A stretch of DNA of 61,337 nucleotides, filler included, from Chiloscyllium plagiosum (taxonomy: Eukaryota), in the NCBI RefSeq assembly GCF_004010195.1. It is 5 parts of one record of this genome, joined end to end, with 100 filler letters (N's around TTAATTAATTAA, not from the genome) between each part and the next. Parts side by side here need not be neighbours in the genome. Positions count along the whole stretch, not along the records: positions 9,664 to 23,548 come from NC_057710.1; 4 more parts are not named here. The stretch is one strand, 5' to 3'. The notes beneath the pieces were generated by a model. The model saw nothing but the letters and a program-made list of their open reading frames with translations, ran no database searches and had not been told where the DNA came from. Both the position numbers and the translations under genes were made by a program. Of this stretch, positions 10,814 through 23,648 are shown one piece after another (position 1 is the stretch's first letter; each line of letters starts with the position of its first letter).

Positions 10814-13395
10814 CTTACTGAAGGTGACCAGAACTGCACACGATACTCCAGGTGCGGCTGCACTAGTGTCCTGTTCTGCTGAAGCATAACCCCGTGGCTC
10901 CGAAACGCAATCCCTCGACCAATAAATGCCAACACACCATATGCCTTAATAACAACCCAATCGACCTGGGTGGCAACTGCCACGGATTTATGCACCTGGA
11001 CACTGAGATCTCTCTGTTCATCTGCACTGCCAAGAATTTTACTATTAGCCCAGTACTTTGCATTCCGGTTACTTCTCCCGAAGTGATCTACCTCACACTT
11101 GCCTGCATTAAACTCTATTTACCACTTCTCAGCACAGCTCTGCATCTTATCTTTGTCCCTCTGTAACCCACAACATCTTTCGGCACTATCCACAACTCTG
11201 CCTACCTCAGTGTCGTCTGGAAATTTACTAACCCATCCTTCTAAACCAACATCCAGAACATTTATAAAAATGACAAACAGTAATGGACCCAAACAGATCC
11301 TTGCAGCTCACTAGATTAGATTAGATTAGATTACTTACAGTGTGGAAACAGGCCCTTCGGCCCAACAAGTCCACACCGACCCGCCGAAGCGTAACCCACC
11401 CATACCGCTACATTTACCCCTTTACCTAACACTACGGGCAATTTAGCATGGCCAATTCACCTGACTTGCACATCTTTGGACTGTGGGAGGAAACCGGAGC
11501 CCCCGGAGGAAACCCACGCAGACACGGGGAGAACGTGCAAACTCCACACAGTCAGTCGCCTGAGTCGGGAATTGAACCCGGGTCTCTGGCGCTGCGAGGC
11601 AGCAGTGCTAACCACTGTGCCACCGTGCCGCCCACTACTAGTAACTGAACTCCAGGATGAACATTCCCCATCAATCACCACCCTCTGTCTTCTTTCAGCT
11701 CAGCAATGTTTGATCCAAATCACTAAATCACCTTCAATCCCGAATCTCTGTATTTTGGGAAATAGCCTACCATGTGAAACATTATCAAACACTTTACTGA
11801 AATCCATACACACCACATCAACCGATTTACCTTCATCCACCTGTTTTGTCACCTTCGCGAAGAACGCAATAAGGTTAGTGAGGCATGACCTACCCTTTAC
11901 AAAACCATGTTGACTATCTCTAATCATATTATTCCTTTCCAGATGATTATAAACCCTGTCTCTTATAACCTTTTCCAACGCCTTACCCACAACCGAAGTA
12001 GGGCTCACTGATGTATAATTATCAGGCTTGTCCTGACTCCCCTTCTTAAACAAGGGAACAATGTTTGCTATCCTCCAGTTTTCTGGCACTATTCCTATCA
12101 ACAATGATGACATAATGATCGAAGCCCAAAAGCTCTGCCCCCTCCCTGGCTTCCCAGAGAATCCAAGGATAAATTCCATCTGGTCTTATGTATTTTCAGA
12201 CCTTCCAAAATTGTTAAAACCTCCTCTTTGTCAACCTCAATCCCATCTAATCTTGTCGTCTGTATCTCCGCATTCTCACTAACATTGCGCTTTTCCAATG
12301 TGAATACTGACAAAAATTATTAATTAAGCGCTTCCCTTATGATCTCAGATTCCACACACAACTTTCTACTACTATCTTTGATTGGCCCTAATTTTACTCT
12401 CGTCATTCTTTTATTCCTGATATACCTATAGAAGGCCTTAGGGCTTTCCTTGATCCTATCCACCAACAACTTCTCATGTCCCCTCCTGGCTCTTCTTAGC
12501 CCTCTCTTTAGATCTTTTCAGCCTAACTTATAATTCCCAATCCCCCTTCACACCTCATTCTCACATAAGCCTTCTTCTTCCTCTTGACAAGAACTTCAAC
12601 TTCTTTAGTAAACCATGGCTCCCTTTCTTGACAACTACCTCCGTGCCTGCTAGGTATATACTTATATATTTATCAAGGACCCATAGTAGCTGTTCCTTGA
12701 ATAAGCTCCACATTTCAAGTGTATCCATCCCCTCCAATTTCCTTCCCCATCCTATGCATCCTAAATCTTGCCTAATCGCATCATAATTGCCCTTTCCCCC
12801 AGTTATACATCTTTCCCTGCGGTATATACCTATTCCTGCCCATTGCTATTGTAAACATAACCGAATTATGGTCATTATCACCGAAGTCCTCACCTACCTC
12901 CAAATCTAACACCTGGCCAGGTTCATTTCCCCAGTACCAAATCCAATATGGCTTCTCCCCTTGTTGGCCTGTCTACAAACTGTGTCAGAAAACCCTCCTG
13001 TACACACTGAACAAGAATTGCCCCATCTAAACTACTTAAATTATAGTATTCCCAGTCAATATTGGGGAAGTTAAAGTCCCCCATAACAACTATCCTGTTA
13101 CTCTCGCTCCTGTTGACAATCATCTTTGCTATCCTTTCCTCTACATCCCTTGAACTATTCGGAGGCCTATAGAAAACTCCCAACAGGGTGACCTCTCCTT
13201 TCCTGTTTCTAACCTCAGCCCAAATTACCTCAGTGGATGAGTCCTCAAACGTTCTCTCAGCTGCTGTAATATTACCCTTGATTAACAATGCCACACCACT
13301 CCCCTCTTTTACCATCACCGCTGTTCTTGCTGAAACTTCTAAATCCCGGAATCTGCAACAACCATTCCTGACCCTCCTCCAGCCATGCCTCATGC
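10814..13395 (-). mobile_element. CR1 LINE fragment with AP-endonuclease and RT domains
   Basis: APE motifs GVALLIK, GVFYRPP, VMGDFNFPNIDW and LDLVL (12923-13330). RT motifs QHGFVKGRSCLTNL and MDFSKVFD. Confidence 0.93.
11312..11633 (-). mobile_element. HE1-type tRNA-derived V-SINE, full length
   Basis: Starts GGGCGGCACGGTGGCACAGTGG (A box) with GGTTCAATTCC (B box), V-domain-like core and (TCTAA)n tail. Inserted in a CR1. Confidence 0.9.
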
Positions 13396-13789
13396 ACAAT
13401 GGGTCTAATCGCTCTTCAGCTGCCAAAGACTTAATCTGTCTCTTTCTCTTTTAGTGTTGACATTATATTTAACTGGTGTTGGCGCCATAGATGAGTACAG
13501 TCCAGGACAACTACTTCCTCATTAAATTCAATGCAACTATTGTTATGTGTAGGTAGAAAGGGCAAGGTCAGTTTTGACAGAAACAGTCTGCAAATTACAT
13601 CCTACATGTTGAAACCTTAGCAATTAAATGTTAGACTTTGCTTTAGGCATTCATGGCACCAATAGATTTATAAGCAGTAGTAGTGCTTGCCTGAATGTAA
13701 TGTTACAATTACCTGTCAATTGGAATGAGTTGATTATTGTGATTCTTTTGACTGTTAGTCAATTTGAGTGGCTGGTACCATCCTACAAA

Positions 13790-14104
13790 GCCATTGGCCA
13801 AGTGATATTATTGCTGGACTGTTAATCCAGAGACCCAGATGATGTCCCAGTGACCCAGAATCAAATCCTGCCACAACAGATGGTGGAATGTAAATTCAAT
13901 AAAAAATTTTAAAAATCTGGAATTAAGAGTCTAACGATGATCATGAATCAATTGTCAGAAAAACCTATCTGGTTCACTAATGTCATTCAGTGAAGGACCT
14001 TACCTGGTCTGACCTACATGTGACTCCAGACCCACAAGCAATGTGGTTGACTCTTACATGCACTCTGCCTAGCCAGCAATGCCCTCATCCTGTGAATGAA
14101 TAAA
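13790..14104 (+). mobile_element. tRNA-derived SINE with conserved central core; tail shared with the CR1/L2-group LINE
   Basis: Degenerate B-box-like gaatcaaatcc. Core ctggttcactaatgtc...ctacatgtgactccagacccac. 3' end gcctagccagcaatgccctcatcctgtgaatgaa resembles 24435-24472 and 42940-42975. Confidence 0.7.
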
Positions 14105-14374
14105 GTACAAAAAAATGCCACCTTGCTTTGCATAAAGTGATGCAGAAAATAAGTGCCTGCATAATCCTAGATGTTAAGAAAAGTTAGCTCACTTTAAATT
14201 GTCATTTAATTGTAATTGATTTTGGTTTTGGTACATGATACTGTGAACTGTCTGGACGAGAATTGATAAATTAACTAATCAAGAGTTGACATGAATCAGG
14301 TCATTATTCATAATTTCTTGCCTGGCAGAAAAAAAATCTGTATCTTTATGTTTAAATCGATGCGATCACTTCCA

Positions 14375-14517
14375 TAAAAACTGAAAGAACTGCGGAAGCT
14401 GTGAACCAGAAACCAAAACAGAAGTTGCTGGAAAAGCTCAGTAGATCTGACAGCATCAGTGAAAAGAAATCAAAGTTAACATTTTGGGTCTGGTGACCCT
14501 TCCTCAGAACTTCCTTA
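14375..14517 (-). mobile_element. Penelope family C mini-element with hammerhead motif
   Basis: Minus strand reads AAGTT-CTGAGGA-A-GGGTC-ACCA-GACCC-AAAA-TGTT-AACTT. 10-bp TSD atcacttcca at 14365-14374 and 14518-14527. Confidence 0.82.
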
Positions 14518-14775
14518 ATCACTTCCACAATTTGAAAGCCAAATAGTTTTCCATAGATCTTTTCTTATTGAAGGGATATTCCTGGGAGAAACTGTGCAGA
14601 ATGGAAATATGAACTTGCAAAATTTATTCTTTCAAATCAACTTATAAATAGATGGCTGTAAGATACAAAGCCGTTACTCGTGGCCCTCTACTTATAATAT
14701 TCCTCACGAGAGAACATTCCTGAGAATAATGCTAATTTGTCTTTTGTCTGCACAGAATTGTGATGAGGTACTTAC

Positions 14776-14948
14776 ATTTATGGTTTTGTTGCCTCCAGTT
14801 CGGACACTCTTCTGACTCCCATCCCATTCCGTCCCATCCCACCCCCCTTCTGTAAACTTCAGGTCAGCCAAAGCTTTGCAACTGTATCCCATGGGGTACT
14901 GGACTGGGTACTGCCAAATCCCATGTCCCTTGTTATCCTGAAGTATAC
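14776..14948 (-). other. Candidate internal exon of an unidentified gene
   Basis: ccattcag acceptor and AAT|gtaagta donor enclose an open frame ILQDNKGHGIWQYPVQYPMGYSC...KTIN. No homologue recognised and partly low-complexity. Confidence 0.2.
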
Positions 14949-16014
14949 CTGAATGGTAGGATCACATTGAAAAGTGGACCTTACGATAAGTTCAAAAAAA
15001 GTACTTTTGTAAATTTAGTAGAGTATACAGTTCAGGGATGAAGTAACAGAAGGAAATTAGGATTAGTGTACATGATTGACTCAGATGCGTTACTGGGTAA
15101 CATAAACACTGTAATGCCAACACCAAGCTCAAAGTGTATTTCTCAACTATCGAATATTTCTGCTGGTGAACGTTCAACTTCCTGGAGAAATACCCGATAG
15201 GTCTTTCTATCTTCTTGTTGTTTTCTTGTAAGAGCACAGCACTGACACCCACATTACTTGCATTAATAGCCACCTTGAATGGCTTTTCATTATTAGGTAT
15301 GGCTAATACCGGGGCAGTGGTTAACACAGCTTTCAGGCTGTCAAATGCTTTCTGACAGTCCACTGTCCACTGAAACTTCTTGCCTTTTTTTAGCGATTCA
15401 GTGAGTGGAGCAGCCACACTGCGAAAATTTAGTATAAATTTTGAATAAAATCCACTCAAACCCAGGAACTGTCGTATTGCTCTTTTTGTTGATGGTATGG
15501 GAAACTTTCCAATTACCTTTGTTTTTGCATCCCATGGGACTATTTGTCCGTGTCCAGTAACATAGCCCAGGAAGGTGACTTGGGCTTTGGCAAATTCACT
15601 TTTCACTCGGTTCATCACCAAGACTGTGTTTTGAAGTTGATCAAACAAGTCTGATAAATGATACAAACATTCTTTCCATGTGTGACTAAAAGTCATCAGG
15701 TCCTCTATATAAATGACACAGTTGGGTAATCCAGCAATGACCTTATTGGCTCAGCTTTGAAATGTGACTAGTGCATTTTTCATAACAAATGGCATGACTT
15801 TAAACAGATACAGTCCATTTGGCGCTACAAAAGCCAAAATTGCCCTTGCTCTTTCTGATAAAGGTACCTGCCAGTATCATCTGAGCAAGTCCAACTTAGA
15901 AATACAAGTTGCTTCTCCCATGTTTTTGACACAGTCCTCCAACCGTGGAATTGGATATGCATCAGTATTTATAACTGCATTGACTTTGCAATAGTCAATG
16001 CAGTTATAAATACT

Positions 16015-16317
16015 GGGCGGCACGGTGGCACAGTGGTTAGCACTGCTGCCTCACAGCGCCTGAGACCCGGGTTCAATTCCCGCCTCAGGCGGCTGACTGT
16101 GTGGAGTTTGCACGTTCTCCCCGTGTCTGCGTGGGTTTCCTCCGGGTGCTCCGGTTTCCTCCCACAGTCCAAAAGATGTGCAGGTAAGGTGAATTGGCCA
16201 TGCTAAATTGCCCGTAGTGTTAGGTAAGGGGTAAGTGTAGGTTTATGGGTGGGTTGCGCTTCGGACTTGTTGGGCTGAAGGGCCTGTTTCCATACTGTAA
16301 GTAATCTAATCTAATCT
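16015..16317 (+). mobile_element. HE1-type V-SINE inserted in the Gypsy RT
   Basis: Near-identical to 11312-11633 apart from a 13-bp internal deletion, with a (CTAAT)n tail. Confidence 0.9.
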
Positions 16318-19300
16318 GGTCCACATATAATCGTTGGGTACCATCTAGTTTTGGCACCATTTCTATAGGTGAACTCCAGTCACTGTAACTAACTTCGATT
16401 ATGTCATCTTGGAGCATGCGTTCAATCTCCTTTTGAATCTGTGCCAACTTAGAGAGTTATGCTGATAAGGATGTTGCTTCATCTCCTATACCTACATCAT
16501 GCATAATTAGGTTAGTACTTCCCAGTTTATTTTCACATATCTCCCCATGTGATAGTAATAACTCTTTCAGGTTATTTCGATTTTCCTCAGGAAAGTAACT
16601 CAATAATTTATCCCAATTTTTGGCAACTTCCTCATTGTCCGATTAAATTTGAGGAATATCCAATTCAGAATCCTCTGAACTTGGTTCTTCCCTCTGTGCT
16701 GTAATCAGTAACACATTCTCCCCTTGCTTTCCTTCCCTGTCAAAATACCTTTTGAGCGTATTCACATAACATACTCTGAGATTTCTTCCTGTTTGGAGTC
16801 CCTATCAAGTAGTTCACCTCAACTCAATTTCCAACTCCCCAGCTCTATTTAATCATTCCCTAAAATTTGACACACAGTCCAAATATGTGATCTCATATTC
16901 TGACTTACTAATTTCTCTTAAATCAGTTTTAATTGTCCTCTCACTTCATGCCCAAAAACTAATTCCAGTAGGCTGAATTGCTAAAGACTCATTTGGTGCA
17001 TCCCTGATTGCAAAAAGCACAAATGGAATTCCCATATCCCAATCACCTGGATAGTTCTTGACTATAAGCCTTCAATATGGACTTTAATGTTTGATGCCAC
17101 CTTCCTAGTGCTCCCTGCGATTCTGGATGGTGCCAGTGGATTGGAATTGTTTTATTCCTAAACTGTCCATAACTTCCTTGAACAATTTTGATGTTACGTT
17201 TGACCCTTGCTCTGATTATATCTCTGTTGGTAATCTGTATCTAGTGAAAAATTTGAGAAATTCCTCTGCAATCCTTTTAGCTGTGATATTGTGGAAAGGG
17301 ATGGTCTCTGGAAATCAAGTCGATACATCCATTATTGTTAACAAATATTAATTCCCACTTTTTGTTTGAGGTAGGGACCTATACAATCAATTAAGACTCT
17401 TGTGAAAGGCTTCTCAAATGCAGGAATAGGTATTAAAGGTGCAGGTTTTATTACTGCCTGTGGTTTTCCAATTAGATGACATGTATGACAGGTCTGGAAA
17501 AATTCAACTACATCCTTGTGCAGTTCAGGCCAGTAAAAATGTCTTTATATTTTAGCCTGTGTTTTCTTCACTCCTAAATGACCTCCAATTGGTAGTTCAT
17601 GTTCCACTTGCAACACCTCCTTTCTATACCCAACTGGCAAAACAATCTGATGAACTTCTGCCCATTTCTCAACTGCCTGAATAAATGATGGTCTTCATTT
17701 CCACATTAAGACATCATTTTTAAGGTAATAACATTCAGATACCTTTTCTGTGTATGCCTTTTGATACAATTGCTTTAAATTTTCATCTTTTTGCTGTAAC
17801 TCAGTGAATTTATCTGAGCTAAAGATGTCTGCTGCGCTCCTTGTTTGTCTCAACCATCTGATCAAACAGGGTCTCTGCTAATTCCACTTCAATTTGCTTG
17901 TCTGTATTCTTTGATCTCTCCTTTTTCCACACAGTCAGGAAAAATTCCAGGATATGTGTCCTGCAATTGTTCAGTTGCCAGAGTTTCCACTGGCTTTTCA
18001 ACCACAGTAGGCAGCTCTCTTACAGGTGAATCAGCTTTAACATTACAAGGACAAATCGTATTCCTGGAGCTGAGAGTTTGTCCAGTATTCCTACCACAAA
18101 TTCTCCACTCTTCTCTGGATACTTTAGCATCATTTTACATAATTGAGCACTTCTTCTCTCACCGTGAATTACTGTTACTAGTACCATTTCTGGCAATAGT
18201 CATTCAGAGGTACATATCTCCTCATCCTTTAGCATCACAGACTGAGAGGATCTTGTGTCTCTTAATAATGTGATCTTGTGTCTCATTACCTGCTGCTCCT
18301 GGCCTATGTGAATAAACTTTACCTTTGCAGGTATATTGTTTAAGAAGACCTGGAACCTCTTCCTTATCTAATCTTGAACCATCTTGAACATTCTGATGCA
18401 GCTTTCTAGCCCCCACTCTGCTTCCTGTTACCACTCCAACAAAACTCACTGGCTTATCCGGTTTCCCACATCTGGCTTCCCAGTGCTTCTCCTAACCCAC
18501 CAACACTGTGATTTCATGTGGCCTACTTTACTGCAGTGAAAACACCAGAGCTTTTTAACTTCTCTGTCCCCTTCAAGGGTTTCCTTTTTACCCAGTGGTA
18601 AATTATCCTTTCGATTCCCACTGAGATCTACCTTTCCCTTTCCATGTGAGGATTTCTCTTTTCCCCCTCACGGATTGAAATTGATTCTGGAAGCCAAACT
18701 TTGATTTATAGACCAACTCATAATCATCAGCCATTTCAGGTGCTAATCTTGCTGTTTTACCTTTCTGCTCTTCCATGAGTTCTCATTATTTCAGGAAGTG
18801 AATTGTTGAGCTTTTCCAAAATAATTGTCTCTCTAAGAGCGGCATAGGTTTGCTCTATTTTTAAAGCTCTTATCCACCTATTGAATTTACTTTGTTAGAT
18901 CCTTTCAAACGCAATATAGGTTTGACCAGGGTCCCTCCTTAGATTCCTGAAATGTTGTCTGTCGGCTTCTGGCACAAGCCCATATGCTCTTCAGATGGCT
19001 TTCTCCACACGCCCTAGTTACTTGCTCCGATAGTGATGCAATTACCTCACTAGCTCTACCTTCAAGTTTTGTTTGGATCAACATGGTCAATGGCCACCAC
19101 ATTTATTTAGCCACTTTTTCAAATGAGATTTTGAAAAGGCTTCCCCATCCTTATCATCAAACTTGGACAATGCTTGAATATATTTAAACAGAACCCATCC
19201 AGGCCTTTGATGACCATGGGTTTGCTCATCCTCACTCTCTCACTCACTCCAGAAAGAAAGCTGTCTTTCCTGGCTAATTGCCAGTTTCTGAAGTTCAAAC

Positions 19301-19740
19301 ACTCTCTTTTTCTTTCTCTTCTGTTTTAATCGTAATTCAAGCTGTTTCATTTCTGTTGCCATTTCCTTCTCTTTTGCCTCTAACTTAATTTTCTTCATTT
19401 TTCCGTTGAGTTTTAACCATCTGTAAAGATTCTGATGATGTTTCCATCAAATTTAAATGCTGAGCTATTGTTGTAATTATCTCTCCTTTCCTCACGGAAG
19501 GAGGCAGCTCCAACCCCAGCTTGCTGCTAATTCCAGCAGCTTGGCCTTAATCACCTTTTTGTAAAACCCCCAAGGTCACTTCTTCCACCCCCAGAAAACT
19601 CTTGGTGACTGAAAGAGCTATTGCTATCCCAAGCACTGTTTAAACCAGCTGAATTCAACACTCAGAACAAAAGATACTAACACCTACCACAGCTGCCTTT
19701 GAATTCAACAACCCTAATCCCAATTTGGAACTATATAACA

Positions 19741-19760
19741 AATCCCGCAAAGATCCCCCA
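19741..19760 (-). promoter_or_regulatory. Degenerate tRNA-Pro primer-binding site
   Basis: Minus strand TGGGGGATCTTTGCGGGATT versus canonical tRNA-Pro PBS TGGGGGCTCGTCCGGGAT, directly after the LTR. Confidence 0.65.
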
Positions 19761-20362
19761 GCCAGACCCCTCAAAACATTTCAAGAAAGTAGCCCAGACC
19801 CTGACTTTGCTATTTGATTTTAAGCAAGTGTACAGTGGATATTCCGGGAGACAATCAGCTGGTCAAAATGCTTAGTTTTAAACAAACAGAATTTATTCAC
19901 AAGATTACTGAATGAAACACAAAGAATAGAAAACAGAATACAGAATAATGTATCCTATCCAAAAACCCAACACACTATCCCAACTTAATGATGCTGTTCC
20001 AAAATACTTGCAACAATTCCCATAAGCACTCATTGGCACAAAAGGTAAAACCAAACACGTTCTTACAGGAAAGAAGTCAGAGAGAGAGAGACAGAGTCCA
20101 GCAGCCTTTCTTCACACACTGCCTCATTCCAACCAAACCAGAGAATAACTGAGCTGCAAGAACTGGCCCCTCTCCTTTCATTATAGAAGTGGTATTTTTT
20201 TAAAAACCTGAAAGCCTTCTGCATGAGGCAGTATCTGTTAACTGTAAACAAATTGGCTCTAAATTCCATCCAAACTCAGACATTTTGGAACCTATGTCAT
20301 TTACAACCTCTCTGAAAAACCCAAAGACAGGATAACCTTGTTAAAGGAGCAGCTTTGTCACA
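19761..20362 (-). repeat. 5' LTR of the Gypsy element (terminal CA end apparently deleted)
   Basis: Begins TGTGACA on minus at 20362, contains AATAAA (tttatt near 19893 on +) and abuts the PBS. Confidence 0.75.
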
Positions 20363-20379
20363 ATCAGTTGAGCAGAGCT

Positions 20380-21120
20380 TAGAGGGACCACCAGCTCAGT
20401 CAGTTGTCAGGGTGGTTTTGTGAAGGGGTTATCACGTCTTGTTAACTAAATTGATTTTTTTGAAGAAATAATGAGGAGAATTGGTGAGGGTAGTGTTTAA
20501 TGAGAATGGATGGTGCCTACATGATGGACTGTTAAAGAAAATTAACATCTATGTGATACAGAGGCATGTGATGAGTTGGATCCAAAATTGGCTCTATGGC
20601 AGGAAATAAGAGCAAAGATATAATGCTGTACCTTTCTGATACACTGGTTAGGCCCCAGCCAGAGTTCTGTACACTGCTCACAGCTCCAAATTACAGGAAG
20701 GACATAACTGCACTGGAAACAGTACATGGTAGATTTATAAGAAGGTTGTCAGAGATTGTAAATTGTAACAAAAGAACGATTGGACAGCTAGGGTTATTAC
20801 AATATAGCAACAGAGGAATGAGTCAGGTATACAAACTATAAGGGGATTGAATTGAGTGGATGGGGAAGATCTGTTCTCTGAGCAGAAATGTTAGTTATTG
20901 GGGGTCACAGGTTTTAGGGGATTGGTAGAAGGACCAGCTGGGACTTGAGGAAGAATCTTTTCATCAAGATGGTATTGGATGTCTTTTGTTTGCTGTCCCA
21001 TGAGGTTGTTGAGATGGAAATTCTGAACTCATTCAAAAGAAACTTGGATCAGTATCTGAAGCACACTAAGTTGTAAGGCCATGTACTAGATGCTGGAAAG
21101 TGGGATTATAATGGATATGA
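20380..21120 (+). mobile_element. Old CR1 LINE fragments
   Basis: DTLVRPQPEFCTLLTAPNYRKDITALETVH, a degenerate CR1 C-terminal motif. Confidence 0.7.
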
Positions 21121-21399
21121 TGATTCCATTTTGCATAAAGTCCAGCTTCAGTGCCATGATTATTGATCTGCATTGATCTTCAATTAACATTCTTATCATG
21201 GGCATAGCCCTCCCTATCCCTGCATTCTACTGCGGCCCTAAAACATCCTCTTAGGCCAGGGTTTTGGCCTTGACTTGTGTGCCTGAGGTGGGTAGCTGAA
21301 GCTAGGAAATTTCTGCAGGTATGGATTGGATCAGGGCCGTCACCTGGCTGAAGATCAGAAAAAGTCACCGGGTCTAATGAATATCAAAGCAAGAGAGTT

Positions 21400-21955
21400 A
21401 AAAGATAACCCTGGCTCTTTGGGACTTGTTCCAGCAGTATTATTAAATATGTGATGGTGGGAATGTTAAAAGTGGCTGATGGGGTATTCGTCAGACTGGA
21501 TGCTTTATCTGGTGCAATACTGGAGCTGCACTCATCTAGACAAATGGAGAATCTTCCATCACATTTCTGACTTGTCTCCCTTAGGAAATGAGTCAGTGCT
21601 TCAGAATACCTAGTCTCAAATATGCTCATGTTACACTATTTATATAACTGGGAGAAAGGGAGGATTGCAGATGCTGGAGATCAGAGCTGAAAAAGGGCTC
21701 ATGCTCAAAACATCGATTCTTTTGCTCCTTGGATGCTGCCTGACCTGCTGCGCTTTTCCAGCAACACATTTTCAGCTCTATTTATATAACTGGCCCAGTT
21801 AAACTTTTGTTGAATCATAAAACCTTTGTCCACCCTGGGTACTGTCCAGGTGTTGTTGCCATTTGGACATGGACTGCTGCAGTGTCTTTGGAGTGTTGAA
21901 TACTCCTGAACGTTATGCAATCATTGGTGAACATCCCCACTTCTGAATGTCCAGA
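21400..21955 (-). mobile_element. CR1/L2-group LINE (family B) fragment
   Basis: Homologous to 28816-30548. Confidence 0.6.
21652..21777. mobile_element. Penelope family A fold-back mini-element
   Basis: 16-bp TSD ctatttatataactgg at 21636-21651 and 21778-21793. Inverted ends agagctgaaaa / ttttcagctct. Confidence 0.88.
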
Positions 21956-22139
21956 GAGCTATTTAGTAGGTAAGCCTGAAAAAAAAACATTGATACCTTT
22001 TCTCTCTGGCATGACCCCTCCTTCATAAATTTGCCCATCATAACAGTAGAGGTAAAGTTGGTCTCTGGTGGCAGTGATAACCAAATTATAGAGAGAAAAC
22101 ATATGATCAGTATTACAGTTTATTTGACATCCTAACCTT

Positions 22140-22533
22140 GAGGGTTCTTGTGATGCTGTGGTAGTGTCCCTACCTGGGCCTGAAGACCAAGGTTTAAATC
22201 CCATTTGATCCAGATGTGTGTCATCACCTCCTTGAATATGTTGATTAGAAAACATTAATATTAACAGGTACCCCTTATCCAAAAATTAAACTTGCAAAGC
22301 TGATCAACCAATCTTTGAACAAAACTGATGACAATTATTTCAGGAGCTATTGTGGCAAAGTGGTAGTGTTCCTACCTCTGGCCCAGGAAGCCCAGGTTTA
22401 AATCCCACCTTATCCAACAGCATGTTTAGAGATATTTTTAACCGACATATTCAGAGATGTTATGATGCGAATATGAGGCAGGTGGAACTTCCACTCAGGC
22501 CTTAGAGTCCAGAGGTAGTGACGCTACCACTGC
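22140..22533. mobile_element. Cluster of short tRNA-like SINE copies (22140-22250 +, 22345-22420 +, 22435-22533 -)
   Basis: Shared gtggtagtgtccctacct...ggttta/caaatccca motif, also at 38380-38487 (-), about 52320-52350 and 53610-53725 (+). Confidence 0.6.
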
Positions 22534-22731
22534 ATAAGTGCTGTATTTAGCAATGTGCATTGATATTTCTGAAAAGGTTAATTAGGAAATAAATCAGACA
22601 CCCAAGCCTTCTTTAACACCCATTCAAATCATTGATAAAACTAATTTCACTTGATAACTTGTGTGTGACCACAGTGTAAAATCATACTGAATGACTTGAA
22701 CAAAATTAAGCACTAACCAAACAATAAGACT

Positions 22732-23548
22732 TAGAGTCACAGAGATGTACATCATGGAAACAGACCCTTCGGCCCAAGCCATCCATGCTGACCAGATATT
22801 CCAACCTGATCTATTCCCACCTGCCAGCACCTGGCCTATATCCCTCCAAACACTTCCTATTCATATACCCATCCAAATGTATCTTAAATGTTGCAATTGT
22901 ACCAGCATCCACCACTTCCTCTGGCTGCTCATTCCATACATGTACCACCTTCTGTGTGAAAAGGTTGCCCCTTAGGTCTCTTTTACATCGTTCCCCTCTC
23001 ACCCTAAACCTATGCCCTCTAGTTCTGGACTCCCGCATCCCAGGAAAAAGACTTTGCCTATTTATCCTAAGCATACCCCTCATAATTTTGTAAACCTCTA
23101 CAGGGTCACCCCTCAGCCTCTGATGCTCCAGGGAAAACAGCCCCAGCCTGTTTAGCCACTCCCCAGAGCTCAAATCGTCCAACCCTGGCAACACCCTTGT
23201 GAATCTTTCCTGAACCCTTTCTAGTTTCACAACATTTTTCCGATAGGAAGGAGACCAGAATTGCACACAATATTCCAACAGTGACCTAACCAATGTACAG
23301 CCACAACATGACCTCCCAACTCCTGTACTCAATACTCTGATCAATAAAAGAAAGCATATCAAACGCCTTCTTCACTATCCTACCTACCTGCGACTCTACT
23401 TTCAAGGAGCTATGAACCTGCACTCCAAGGTCTCTTTGTTCAGCAACACTCCCTAGGACCTTACCATTAAGCGTATAAGTCCTGCTAAGATTTGCTTTCC
23501 CAAAATGCAGCACCTCGCATTTATCTGAATTAAACTCCATCTGCCACT
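22732..23548 (-). mobile_element. CR1 (HER1-like) 3' fragment
   Basis: MEFNSDKCEVLHFG...LEYCVQFWSP...; tail at 22732. Confidence 0.93.
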
Positions 23549-23648
23549 NNNNNNNNNNNNNNNNNNNNNNNNNNNNNNNNNNNNNNNNNNNNTTAATTAA
23601 TTAANNNNNNNNNNNNNNNNNNNNNNNNNNNNNNNNNNNNNNNNNNNN
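23549..23648. other. Artificial scaffold spacer
   Basis: N44-TTAATTAATTAA-N44. Confidence 0.97.

Larger units (their letters stand above)
15055..20362 (-). mobile_element. Decayed Gmr1-like Ty3/Gypsy LTR retrotransposon lacking its 3' LTR
   Basis: Order on minus: LTR, PBS, Gag (LIQTKLEGRASEV...; knuckle CFHCSKVGHMKSQC near 18503-18546), protease (LLRDT near 18260), integrase (GGHLG...C..C...IDCIGP, about 16950-17620), RT (about 15400-16500), RNase H (KPFKVAINASNVGVSAVLLQ...YFSRKL). Confidence 0.92.

Noticed and set aside
11457..11913. ORFs such as MDCGRKPEPPEETHADTGRTCKLH
   Set aside because: Spurious translations of the HE1 SINE, which recur at 15969-16172 and 39819-40244.
16015..16090. 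tRNA gene
   Set aside because: This is the tRNA-derived head of a SINE that continues into the V-domain and LINE-like tail.
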